From: Catajapyx aquilonaris
Lineage: Eukaryota
Direction of reading: 5' to 3'
DNA length: 62,567 nucleotides
Assembly: GCA_000934665.2 (NCBI GenBank)
Contig: JYFJ02002148.1
Coordinates: forward strand, 1 to 62,567
This document shows, piece after piece, positions 24,336 through 34,569 of the stretch. The translations under genes were made by a program, and so were the position numbers. Each line of letters opens with the position of its first letter. The first letter of the stretch is position 1. The notes under the pieces were generated by a model that saw only the letters and a list, made by a program, of their open reading frames with translations, made no database searches and was not told the DNA's origin.

Positions 24336-25333
24336 ATGACGCAGGTGGTAGCAACAATTGTCGTGACTTTATTGGCGTCATCAGTGTCATCAGGAGCATC
24401 TCCACCTCATCCTTCACCTCATGAGAAACCTGCAGCTCTCTCTGAAAGTAAGCCTAATATTGTTACTTTTATACAGTTATACAGGGTGGTCCAAAACGGT
24501 CACAAAATCAGGAACTTATATATAAAAGTGAGGCTTAATTTCGAAGGATTTTCTGATTCATTGCGATTCATTTCAGAGGCCTGCAAGGTGCCCTTTCAGA
24601 ACATTGGTTCAGGATGCTACTTTTTTGGTGGTTACAACTTCAAGAAAAACTGGTGGCAATCTGCTGAGTACTGCAGGATAATTGGAGGAAACCTGATGAC
24701 CATAAACGATCCGGTTGAAAACCAGGACATTCAGGACTATTTGCAGAGAAGTAAGCTTTTAACAACATTACCGAACAATATGTTGTCAGGGAGCATATGT
24801 ACTACATAAAAAGCGCAAACTTCTGTCGGCGCCTTTGATGTTCGCGTCTCTCTGTTTATGGCGTTGCCAAGGCCATTTTGAAGTGTGTGGAACGCCAACG
24901 AGGCATAAATAGGGTACAGGCATTTTTTTTTGCATGTGCCCTATTTATGCCTCGTTGGCGTTGCCCACACTTCAAAATGGCCGCCAGCCTTGGCAACGCC
25001 CCAAAACAGAGAGACGCCGAAATCGAATGTTTGCGCCTCTTATGTAGTATATGCTCCCTGATATTGTGCCCAAGTTCCGGCTACAATATTAGTGTTAACT
25101 TTACAGATTACCCTCGAGGCCACTTCTTCATCGGTGGATACGACCTTGGTCACGAAGGACTTTGGTATTGGCAGGCAACACTTAAGCCTATTGAATTCAC
25201 TGACTGGTATCCTGGACAACCAGACAATGATCAAGGGATTGAAAATTGCTTGGCTCTGGAGACGCAGTTTGGATTTCGCTGGAACGACAGACCCTGCACC
25301 AGGAGCAACTTTGCATTCATTTGCGAAGCTTAG
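24336..25333 (+). CDS. Secreted C-type lectin 2 (QPD), 3 exons
   Basis: Exons 24336-24447, 24577-24750 and 25107-25333. Paralog of lectin 1, with a MITE in intron 2. Confidence 0.93.
24787..25060. mobile_element. Fold-back MITE (same family as 7521-7951) in lectin-2 intron 2
   Basis: TIR CAGGGAGCATAT. 7-bp TSD ATGTTGT/ATATTGT (24780-24786, 25061-25067). The empty site is in lectin-1 intron 2 (~17480). CA..TG ends with a 7-8 bp TSD fit the P superfamily. Confidence 0.88.
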
Positions 25334-25486
25334 CTATACTTTGCGTTGTCCAATCAGAAGCATAGGATACATACAATAAGGTATACATCCTCACAAGGTA
25401 TACGTCCTCACAAGGTATACGTCCTCACAAGGCTGTGCCATGTAGGAACTTTTACCCAATGCACAGCTCCACACTAGTCACCTAAT

Positions 25487-25623
25487 TCACTTGGGATCAT
25501 GTTGAAGCTTCATTTCTGATGCTTATGGGTGGCAGATTACCAGGATTTATTGAATTATTGTTGGGAGATTTGATTTGCTGGTGTGTGAAGCGGCAAAGAG
25601 AAGAGAAGTTTCCCAAGAAGTGA
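25487..25623 (+). pseudogene. IR M4 / C-terminal relic
   Basis: Translates as FTWDHVEASFLMLMGGRLPGFIELLLGDLICWCVKRQREEKFPKK*. Confidence 0.8.
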
Positions 25624-25884
25624 AAAAACACTGTTAGCAGCATATAAAGAATTCCCTCTATAGGAAGTGCGAAGGTTCTTAGGAACAAGTTGTTGACATT
25701 AATTTTGAAGTCCCTTTGTCCCAGTACGTGTAAACAGAATCGATCTGTTATTACCTCTCACACACCAAAGCTTCATTTGACTGTGAATAATACTGGACGG
25801 TACAGTTAACAAACACACCGCTCGGGTGTCAGACAACCAAGCACCCATCCTGAGTATCAAAGTTAAGGAAACGAATTAGAAACC

Positions 25885-27702
25885 ATGTTGTTTCCTGCAT
25901 TTGCTGTGTACCTGTGTGTACCTGTGTGCTGTGTGGAGCATATACCTAATTTCATCAACAATATATTGAAACACAATCAACTGATGAGCAAGGAATGTCC
26001 ACTGGCCATCACCCACGACTCGGATGGACCCATCCCTCAGAGTCTGGACACACTCCTGTCCAACATGTCATCTGCTGGACGACCCGTGATCATCAGGACA
26101 AGTTCTCAGAGCACCTGGGATTGCCAGCCGACATCTAGAGACAATGCGGCCGTGTTCAGAGAGCCATACCGCGCATCCAAGTGTTTGGTGCACATGGTTG
26201 TGACATGCCAGGACACCTACGAGGACATGATGGACATCATTTTGGACCCGGACGAAGGGATGCTCGGAGTGAGGAAGACAAAGGACCGGTTCGTGTTCTG
26301 GATACGGGACTCGACTCATCCGGATTTCATGCTGGACAAACCGGCCTCGCAGCTCAAGTACAAGGTGTCTGTGAGCACAGGAGGAGACAACGGTGCTCTC
26401 AAGGCACACTCGGTGTGCTTCTTCTGCGACCAAGGAGAACCACAGATCGAATCAGTGTCTGTGGACAGTGTGTTCAAAGACTATGCAATGGACCTACATG
26501 GGAAGCGTCTCAGAGGTGTTTACATGTGGAATGGTAGTGACGTAGGATGTGCCACTCACTCAGTTTCTGATCACTTGTGTTTCTTGGGAGACGCGCTTAA
26601 TTTTGGTTGGGCGGTTGACAAAGTGGATTTCGATGCCATTCTTTCAGATGTAACCAGAAGCCTTGATTTGATGAGGGATTTTCAGACAGGAAAAGTCGAC
26701 TTTATTCCCAAAGCTCCTGTCCTTGACCTGATCTACCAACTGTTTGATTGCGCAACACCTCACAAAGCGTATAGATTCACCTTCCTTGCACGACAAGCTC
26801 GATCAAAACTTACACCTTTTATTATAGTAATGCCTTTTACACTGGCTTCCTGGTGCATACTCCTCATGTCCTATTTGGTGGCAGTAATATCCTTTGCAAT
26901 CGTGTCCCAGTTTCACAAACGGCAGGGAATTGTAACTCCTTTCAAGTCTGTCTTGCACATTATGAAGCACCTGGGACGGATTATTGTTGAACAGTATCCT
27001 CCATCCCCAACCTCTTCGTCTCTCATGATGTTTCTAACACTGTGGAGTTACTTCTGCCTGATTATCAGTACCGGATACAAGAGCAAGCTGTACGACATTG
27101 TAACGTTCCCACCTCTGGAGAAAGTGCCTAAAAATCTACCCGAGTTGACGAAATCGTCCTTCTCCATCATAATGTCTCGTGTGGTCAACATGTTCATTAC
27201 AGACGCCAACAAAGATTTTCGCGACACTTACGACACTCTTCTTTCCAAAATGAAAGTCGTGCCTTCAGTCTACGACTACTACAATGACATCCAGACAGAA
27301 AATATTGTCATCTTGGAATCCGATTCTGTGTTGAAAGGTGTCGCCTTCTATTCCAACGCCTACAGTAACTTCATGACCTTCATCTTCCCAGACGACTTGG
27401 CCTTCGTCCATGCTTCTCTGATAGTCCTGAAGGACAACATTTTTGCGGAGAACATCAACCATTGGATGCACATCTTCAACAGCATTGGACTGGCATTGTA
27501 TGGAGACAGCATAAGCAACGCTCACTACTGGTTAAAGGTAGAATCGGAGAGATTAAGACACGGGATCAAATCAGGTGATGAAATTGTCCGATTCACTTGG
27601 GATCACGTTGAAGGTCAATTTCTGATCCTTTTTGGTGGATGCTTATCCGGATTTATAGCATTGGTGTGGGAGTTAATTTGTTGTCGTATTCGACAAAAAT
27701 AA
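25885..27702 (+). CDS. Divergent ionotropic receptor IR-4 (B leader, Y body)
   Basis: 605-aa intact ORF. Leader MLFPAFAVYLCVPVCC, body LRGVYMWNGSDVGCATH..., and IR TM motifs. Confidence 0.9.
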   Translation: MLFPAFAVYLCVPVCCVEHIPNFINNILKHNQLMSKECPLAITHDSDGPIPQSLDTLLSNMSSAGRPVIIRTSSQSTWDCQPTSRDNAAVFREPYRASKCLVHMVVTCQDTYEDMMDIILDPDEGMLGVRKTKDRFVFWIRDSTHPDFMLDKPASQLKYKVSVSTGGDNGALKAHSVCFFCDQGEPQIESVSVDSVFKDYAMDLHGKRLRGVYMWNGSDVGCATHSVSDHLCFLGDALNFGWAVDKVDFDAILSDVTRSLDLMRDFQTGKVDFIPKAPVLDLIYQLFDCATPHKAYRFTFLARQARSKLTPFIIVMPFTLASWCILLMSYLVAVISFAIVSQFHKRQGIVTPFKSVLHIMKHLGRIIVEQYPPSPTSSSLMMFLTLWSYFCLIISTGYKSKLYDIVTFPPLEKVPKNLPELTKSSFSIIMSRVVNMFITDANKDFRDTYDTLLSKMKVVPSVYDYYNDIQTENIVILESDSVLKGVAFYSNAYSNFMTFIFPDDLAFVHASLIVLKDNIFAENINHWMHIFNSIGLALYGDSISNAHYWLKVESERLRHGIKSGDEIVRFTWDHVEGQFLILFGGCLSGFIALVWELICCRIRQK

Positions 27703-27902
27703 AGCACATGACCAGGAACCGAGTTTTTTTTGCAAATAATTTAGTACAATCTATTCAACTATGGAAAAGTAGTCGCCACCTCCCTCAACAGAGTTGTCTC
27801 TTGTTTGTCCAGCATATTCCAATCTCATGAGGAGATAAGGTTGGAATGGAGACGAGAAAGGTACACAATCATAAGACTGCTGATTACACAAACGGCTCAG
27901 TG

Positions 27903-30696
27903 ATGTTGTGCTGGTGGGGGGTTATCCTGCTTGTGGTCCTAGTTAAAGCAGAAGTAGAACCAACTTCAACATTTGGTTGGCTTGAACCTCGCATAGTCAA
28001 TGGTTGGTATGGTTAATTTGTGAAAAAATTTGAAGCAGTTTCGCTCAGCTGTTATGTTGGACAAAAATAGATGAAGCCTAAGGATATAATTATGTTTCTT
28101 GAATATAGACATGGTTGTAACTGAAAAGCATAGACATCAGTGCATCAGGCTCCATGGTGATCAAACTCTGCGAATGAAGAGTAACCACGGCGCTCTCGTC
28201 GTATATCAATCTACAGATGTCAGGAATTGTCATGTCAAACTGTACCGAATTGAATTCACTCAGAAGCACTGCATTGGCTCGTGCCCTGTTATGCGGTATG
28301 ACAACTGGCATCGCCATCAATATATCGGCTCATCTTATGCGCAGTTTGACAACCTGACTGCAGGGTGTTACTGTGTTGGAATCAATTATTCTAAGAGGTC
28401 ATGCCCACCCGAAATGACAACTGTTTTCTGGATTGCAGGACCTGGAAGTGAATCGCAATGGCTTTTATCGGTCAAGCCTTATTTTCTGTTGTAAGTGCAA
28501 TTAAATAAATTTTAAAATGTACTCTCCAGCATTTACCTCCACAAATTAACAGCCAAAACATCCTGTATTAACATACGCTCCTGTACTAACAGAAAGGAGA
28601 TAATCATGAGACTCACATGGCCACCTAGATGCAATAACTCAGTGAAGGCGACCCTCCATTATGGTGCTTTTCCTTGCGACATAAAGTGTGACAACTCTGT
28701 CAACAACTGCACAGGACTGTCTCGCATAACAATACAACTGAGGCCTGACGTGAGTTAGTGCCAATCATTTTTTTTTGTTGCCTTTCTCTGTTGCATAGAC
28801 GTACGTCCGCTTCAATTGTGGCCACTTCAAAGAAATTGTACTGTCTGTTCATGAGAGGTATGCAGCGATCCGCCTCCTCAAAACAGTGATTGGTATTGTG
28901 TTTATTTGCACCTGAATGAAACTCATTTGCTCTTATCTCTTTACAGTCCAACGGGACACACACTTTTGGAAATCTTCAACCTGGAAACTATTGTGTTCGA
29001 GTGAGTTTTTTTTAGATGCTTGATTAATTTTGCTGGTTTTTATGGGATGAAGTCAGAGAATTTGGTGCCAAATTACAGAAAAACTATAGTAATCTACGTA
29101 GGCTATACTTCAAGTGAATATTACATTTCTGGTATTGCAGGTGAGACCGATACAATGCAATGATCCAACATGCTGTGGACACGTTTATAGCAAAACTGTT
29201 CAGTTACGTATGTATTATTTTTGTGACTAACTTATCTGAAATCAAACCCAACCATCTTAAAAGTTTGCAGACTATTTTAAATCATTAATATCGCAATGTT
29301 TTTTTTTGCTGATTTCCCTGAAGGATTTCCTTTTTTAGTTTTTCCAGGTCTGTCAAACAATGATGATCATGATGATGGAAAGAGAAAGTCTAATTTGGTC
29401 CATGACGTTGTTGTCATATTTTTGGTAATAATTACCATATTATTGTGTTGTGTAGGCTATGGATGTTTGCTCCGGAAGTGGTATATGAACCAGGAAGGTA
29501 CTGGTATGTATTGGTATTGATCATAAGAATTCGGTGGTTAATTGACCTATTTTTTTCAGGTAGTGAACTTCCACGTTCACATTCATTTTACCCGCTGTTT
29601 CAACCTAAAATTGTGATATTATACACTCGAGACTCTCCGCAATTGTGCAAGACATCCGAATTGTTTAGAGAGACGTTGAAGGCCGCCAATTGCAAAGTAA
29701 GCTTCCATGTGCTAAATATTAAATACCAAATACCAACATAGACACTAACACACTTGTATAAGTAGTGTGATATTATGATGATCAGGTTTTAACTTATTTA
29801 TGACTTATTGCAAAATAATACGTCTGTCTTAGTTTCAACAAAAAAAAAATCGTTGTAGGTGTTTGACCATTTTGAAGACACGCATTTCGACACAGTTTCT
29901 TGCGATCCACATACATGGTTTCACCGTCACATAACTAATGACGACCAGACTAAAGTGGTGCTGATTACGTCAGCAGGGATGGTTAGTGTGGAGGATATTG
30001 TTATTCGTGATCGAGACCGGAAGGAGGTGCAACTCACACAACGAAGTGGATTGGATAACATGGTTATTCTAGCTGTGAAAATGGTGGCTGAACTGGATAA
30101 GCCAGCAGAAAGAGTCATTGTCGTAAGGTAATTGGTTTGATGCAGGATTAACATTATTTTATTCACATATAACATGTGATGTATACAGAAATGGAATTTC
30201 TTAAAACATAATTATTATATTAGAGTTTGTTGCAAATTAATGCATTTTTGGAGCATCAAAAATATTTTGTAGTGTAAATTGATGCGTACATTTTCATTCA
30301 TACAGTACATGAACTTTGCTTTAAGATTTGATGGGATTACATCAGCGGCTCTGAAATATTTCAGTCGCAAAAGATGCCTTGTACTTCCAAAGCGTATTGA
30401 TGACCTTATAAAGCACATTTACAGGTAATGCCATGAGTTAACAGACAGTTTACTCAGTGATAAGATAATAGTTTGTGGCGCTCATTGACCTAAAATAATG
30501 CATTCATATCATTTTATCTAACCTTTACTTTATCAGGAGGGCACCGAATGAATTTGTACGACGTATAATGTCATCTGGAGATTTTAAGGAGGCTTACAAA
30601 CTGTTTTTTGACAACATTATGGCGGAGAAAAATGAGAAGTTGAGTCAAGAGGCCCAAGAAGGAAGAATTCAGCTTTCGAGGATATCAACTGTCTGA
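27903..30696 (+). CDS. IL-17-receptor-like type I membrane protein with cytoplasmic SEFIR domain, ~10 exons
   Basis: Signal exon from 27903 (MLCWWGVILLVVLVKA). Further exons: 28109-~28447/28490, ~28530/28552-28749, 28947-29000, 29141-29207, 29348-29503 (TM), 29560-29696 (PKIVILYTRDS), 29859-30127 (VFDHF..DPHTW..KVVLITSAG), 30326-30424 (LVLPKRIDDLIKHI) and 30537-30696. Intron phases are consistent from exon 3 onward. Two 'F.NL..G.YCV' FN3-like motifs lie in the ectodomain. The exon 1 donor and the exon 2/3 boundaries are ambiguous. Confidence 0.8.
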
Positions 30697-30773
30697 TTAC
30701 AGATAGTTTGCATGATCGTTATACTTTTCTTCATCCCCTTCACCAATGTATACAAATTATATGCTACAGGCCG

Positions 30774-30918
30774 CAAGGGGTTAACCACTCGAGAGTAAAA
30801 TGTACACTGGAGTACCAAATTAATTCAAGGAGTACCAAGGAGTACCCAAGAGTAAGGAGTACCTAGGAGTAACACTGCAGGTGCTGTACACCTAAGTACC
30901 GAAGTGGTTAACTCCTTG
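30774..30918. mobile_element. MITE family M1 copy
   Basis: TIR CAAGGGGTTAACCACT and TSD ACAGGCCG/ACAAGCCG. Confidence 0.88.
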
Positions 30919-31004
30919 ACAAGCCGACAACTAATTTATTGCAATACAGCCTATTAAGTTGTGTTATAAGTTCAAAAATATATTGATGAACGTTAACATG
31001 AACT

Positions 31005-31395
31005 AACACTGTGGAGTTACTTTTGCGTGATTATCAGCATCGGATACAAGAACAAGCTATTTGAGATTCTAACCTTCCCTCCTCTGGAGAATGTCCCTAA
31101 AAACCTACCATAGTTGACGAAATCGTCCTTCTCCATCGTAACGTCGCGTCTGGTCAACACGTTCATTACAGACGCCAACAAAGATTTTCGAGACAAGTAG
31201 GATTTATTGCATTGTTGTGGGAATTGATTTGTATGAAGCGACAACAAACGCGGATAGTAATGTTTGCCCGGAAGTGCAGAATACTGGAAGCATCACTTAT
31301 GGTGAATATCAGATAGGAACATATTTACCTTAAATAACTTACTGGAAGGATTACGGGATTTGCTGTACTTTTGGGAGAACTGCGCATTGTGCATG
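31005..31395 (+). pseudogene. Collage of IR C-terminal fragments
   Basis: 31005-31195 is a Y-type M3/S2 start with a TAG stop. It jumps to a Y-type M4 end and stop (matching 34400-34530), then to an X-type M4 piece (ctggaagg..tgggagaactg). Confidence 0.8.
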
Positions 31396-31794
31396 TTTAT
31401 AAGAGATAGTCAATATTATGCTTCTACACAATGCGAGATATTTACTTCACATGGTAAGTTCAGTTACTTTGAAGAAAAAAGATATTAATATGTGAAACAT
31501 GTTTATTACCAATGACAAACATTGGGCTTATAAAGTATTCCCTTTTGACAAAGCGTGGACAAGGTTTTGACATACTTATAGTCACTTTGTCCCAGTATAC
31601 GTGTATATGCTACAACGTACTCTATGTATGTAATTAACTGTTACACCTCAAAGCTTCCTTTGACTGTTGAGCATTCTGGACGGTACAGTGTTAACAAACA
31701 CGATACTCGAAAATAACAATTCATTCGAATGTCAAACAACGGGTGTGACAGAGAGTGAAATATAAGGATTCATAAAATTATTATATAAGGAACC

Positions 31795-32330
31795 ATGTGG
31801 TTTTCTGCACTTGCTGTTTACGCCTTAGCCAACAGTACAAGTAATGTATATCTCCAACAAGTCGTAGGGGAGAAAATACCTAATTTCATTTACAATATCT
31901 TGTAAGTGCCGGTGAACACGGAATGTCCACTGGCCATCACCCACGACACGGATAGACCAATCCCTCAGAGTCTGGACACACTCCTGTCCAGCATGTCTTG
32001 TGCTGGACGATCCCTGATAATCAGGACAAGTTCTCAGAGCACTTGGAATTGCCAGCCGCGTATCTATAGAGACTTTCGCAGAAGGTCCCATCGATTGTTT
32101 TCGACTGACGCTTCCTGTAAAATAGTCGTTATCTAGCACCTGGATTTTTATGACTCTCTGAACACTTCCGCATTGTGTCTATTGGCTCTCTGAACACTTC
32201 CTCATTGTCTTGATTGGCTCTCTGAAAACTTCCGCATTGTCTCTATTGGCTCTCTGAAAACTTCCGCATTGTCACTTCCGCACTGTTGCTATATATAGAC
32301 AATGCGGAAGTATTCAGAGAGTCATAAAAA
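31795..32330 (+). pseudogene. 5'-only IR fragment (B-type promoter and leader plus the first part of the shared block)
   Basis: MWFSALAVY..IPNFIYNIL* then VNTECPLAITHD..SLDTLLSSMS..SSQSTWNCQP. It is broken at ~32070 and resumes briefly at 32296-32326. Confidence 0.82.
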
Positions 32331-32403
32331 TGCAGGTGGCAGATAACGACTCTTTTACAGGAAGTCAGTCGAAAACAATCGATGGGACCTTGTGAGAAAG
32401 TCT
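32071..32403. repeat. Inverted repeat (~110-bp arms) enclosing a ~32-bp tandem repeat
   Basis: 32071-~32181 is the reverse complement of 32296-32403. The unit (t)tggctctctgaa(c/a)acttccgcattgtctcta occurs about four times. Confidence 0.85.
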
Positions 32404-32605
32404 TTTGATCTATGTGGCACGTGTATAGGAGTGATTGTATGCGCCACAAAGGTTTCAAGAGAATTGTTAACGGACTCTGCTGAAAAATATTAACAATTCT
32501 GTCGGACAATTTCCGGCTCGTAAGAAGACCCAACTGCACACTTCCGAGCAAGGTGTAGGAAGAGACAGTCGCGGAAGTACAACAGAAGAGATCCAACAAT
32601 TCAAA

Positions 32606-34522
32606 ATGGAGTTGATAAGGGCAGTGATTGTTTTCTCCTGTGCCAGCATTGCATCAGGGCTAGTTACTTTCACAAGTGAAAAGGCTACAGATGAACAAAT
32701 CACTAAGTTTGTCAACAATATTCTCCAAAGTGACCTGGTCATGAATACTGAATGTCCACTGGCTGTCACCCACGACTCGGACAGCCCCATCCCTCATAGT
32801 CTGGACACACTCCTGTCCAACATGTCCTTTGCTGGACGACCCCTGATCATCAGGACAAGTTCTCAGAGCACCTGGGATTGCCAGCCGACATCAAGAGACA
32901 ATGCGGCCGTGTTCAGAGAGCCATACCGCGCATCCAAGTGTCTGGTCCACATGGTTGTGACATGCCAGGACACCTACAAGGGCATGGTGGACAGCATTTT
33001 GGACCCAGACGAAGGGATGCTCGGAGTGAGGAAGACAAAGGACCGGTTCGTGTTCTGGATACGGGACTCGACTCATCCGGATTTCATGCTGGACAAACCG
33101 GCCTCGCAGCTCAAGTACAAGGTGTCTGTGAGCACAGGAGGAGACGGGGCTATCAAGGCACACTCGGTGTGCTTCTTCTGCGACCAAGGAGAACAACAGG
33201 TCGAATCAGTGTCTGAGGACACTTTGTTCAAAGACTATGCAATGGACCTACATGGGAAGCGTCTCAGAAGTGTTTACATGTGGAATGGTAGTGATGTAGG
33301 ATGTGCCACTCATTCAGTTGCTTCCATGCACATGTGTTTCTTGGGAGACGCCCTTAATTTTGGTTGGGCGGTGGATGAAGTCGATTTAGATGCCATTCTT
33401 TCCGATATGAGCAGAAGCATGGATTTGATGCTTGATTTTCAGACAGGAAAAATCGACTTCATTGAGAAAGCTCCTGTCCTGGACCTGACATACCAACTGT
33501 TTGATTGCGCAACACCTCACACTGCGTACAGGTTCACCTTCCTTGCACGACAAGCTCGATCAATACTTACACCTTTTATTATAGTAATGCCTTTTACAAT
33601 GGTTTCTTGGTGCTTATTCCTCACGTCCTATTTGATAGCAGTAATATTCTTTGCAATCTTGTCCAAGTTTCACAAACGGCAGGGAATGCCAACTCATTTC
33701 AAGTCTGTCTTGGATATTATCAAGCACCTGGGAAGAATCATTTTGGAGCAATATCCTCCTTCCCCAACCTCTTCGTCTATAATGATGTTTCTAGCACTGT
33801 GGAGTTACTTTTGCTTGAATATCAGCACCGGATACAAGAGCAAGCTATTTGACATTCTAACCTTCCCTCCTCTGGAGAATGTCCCTAAAAACATACCTGA
33901 GTTGACGAAATCGTCCTTCTCCATCATAACGTCGCGTCTGGTCAACACGTTCATTATAGACGCCAACGACGATTTTCGAGACACTTACGACACTCTTATT
34001 TCCAAAATTAGTGTTGTGTCTGAAGTCCGCGACTACTCCTATGCTATCCTGACAAAGGACATTGTCATCTTCGAATCCGATTCTGACTTGAAAGGTGTCG
34101 CCTACTATTCCAACGCCTACGGTAACTTCAAGACCTTCATCTTCTCTGACGACTTGGCCTTCGTCCATGCTTCTCTGATAGTCCTGAAGGACAACATTTT
34201 TGCAGAGAATATGAACCATTGGATGCTCATCTTCAACAGCATTGGACTGGCATTGTATGACGACAGCGTAAGGAACGATCACTACTGGTTAAACGTAGAA
34301 TCGGCGAGATTAAGACACGGGTTTACATCAGGTGATGAACTTGTGATATTCACTTGGGCGCACGTTGAAGGTTCCTTTTTGATCCTTTTTGGTGGAAGCT
34401 TAGCAGGATTGATTGCATTGTTGTGGGAATTGATTTGTATGAAGCGACAACAGAAGAAGATAGTTAGCCAAGAAGTGCGGAATACTAATGATGAATATCA
34501 GATAGGAACATATTTACCTTAA
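32606..34522 (+). CDS. Divergent ionotropic receptor IR-5 (A leader, Y body)
   Basis: 638-aa intact ORF. Leader MELIRAVIVFSCASIASGLVT, with a body closely similar to IR-4. Confidence 0.9.
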   Translation: MELIRAVIVFSCASIASGLVTFTSEKATDEQITKFVNNILQSDLVMNTECPLAVTHDSDSPIPHSLDTLLSNMSFAGRPLIIRTSSQSTWDCQPTSRDNAAVFREPYRASKCLVHMVVTCQDTYKGMVDSILDPDEGMLGVRKTKDRFVFWIRDSTHPDFMLDKPASQLKYKVSVSTGGDGAIKAHSVCFFCDQGEQQVESVSEDTLFKDYAMDLHGKRLRSVYMWNGSDVGCATHSVASMHMCFLGDALNFGWAVDEVDLDAILSDMSRSMDLMLDFQTGKIDFIEKAPVLDLTYQLFDCATPHTAYRFTFLARQARSILTPFIIVMPFTMVSWCLFLTSYLIAVIFFAILSKFHKRQGMPTHFKSVLDIIKHLGRIILEQYPPSPTSSSIMMFLALWSYFCLNISTGYKSKLFDILTFPPLENVPKNIPELTKSSFSIITSRLVNTFIIDANDDFRDTYDTLISKISVVSEVRDYSYAILTKDIVIFESDSDLKGVAYYSNAYGNFKTFIFSDDLAFVHASLIVLKDNIFAENMNHWMLIFNSIGLALYDDSVRNDHYWLNVESARLRHGFTSGDELVIFTWAHVEGSFLILFGGSLAGLIALLWELICMKRQQKKIVSQEVRNTNDEYQIGTYLP

Positions 34523-34569
34523 ATAACTTAGGGACCACATATGCATTGTAATGAATATTGTCTCAGTGT

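Noticed and set aside
1..34522. Species assignment (e.g. a non-insect hexapod with a large IR expansion)
   Set aside because: GR plus intronless divergent IRs supports an arthropod, but nothing in the sequence lets me name the taxon without a search.
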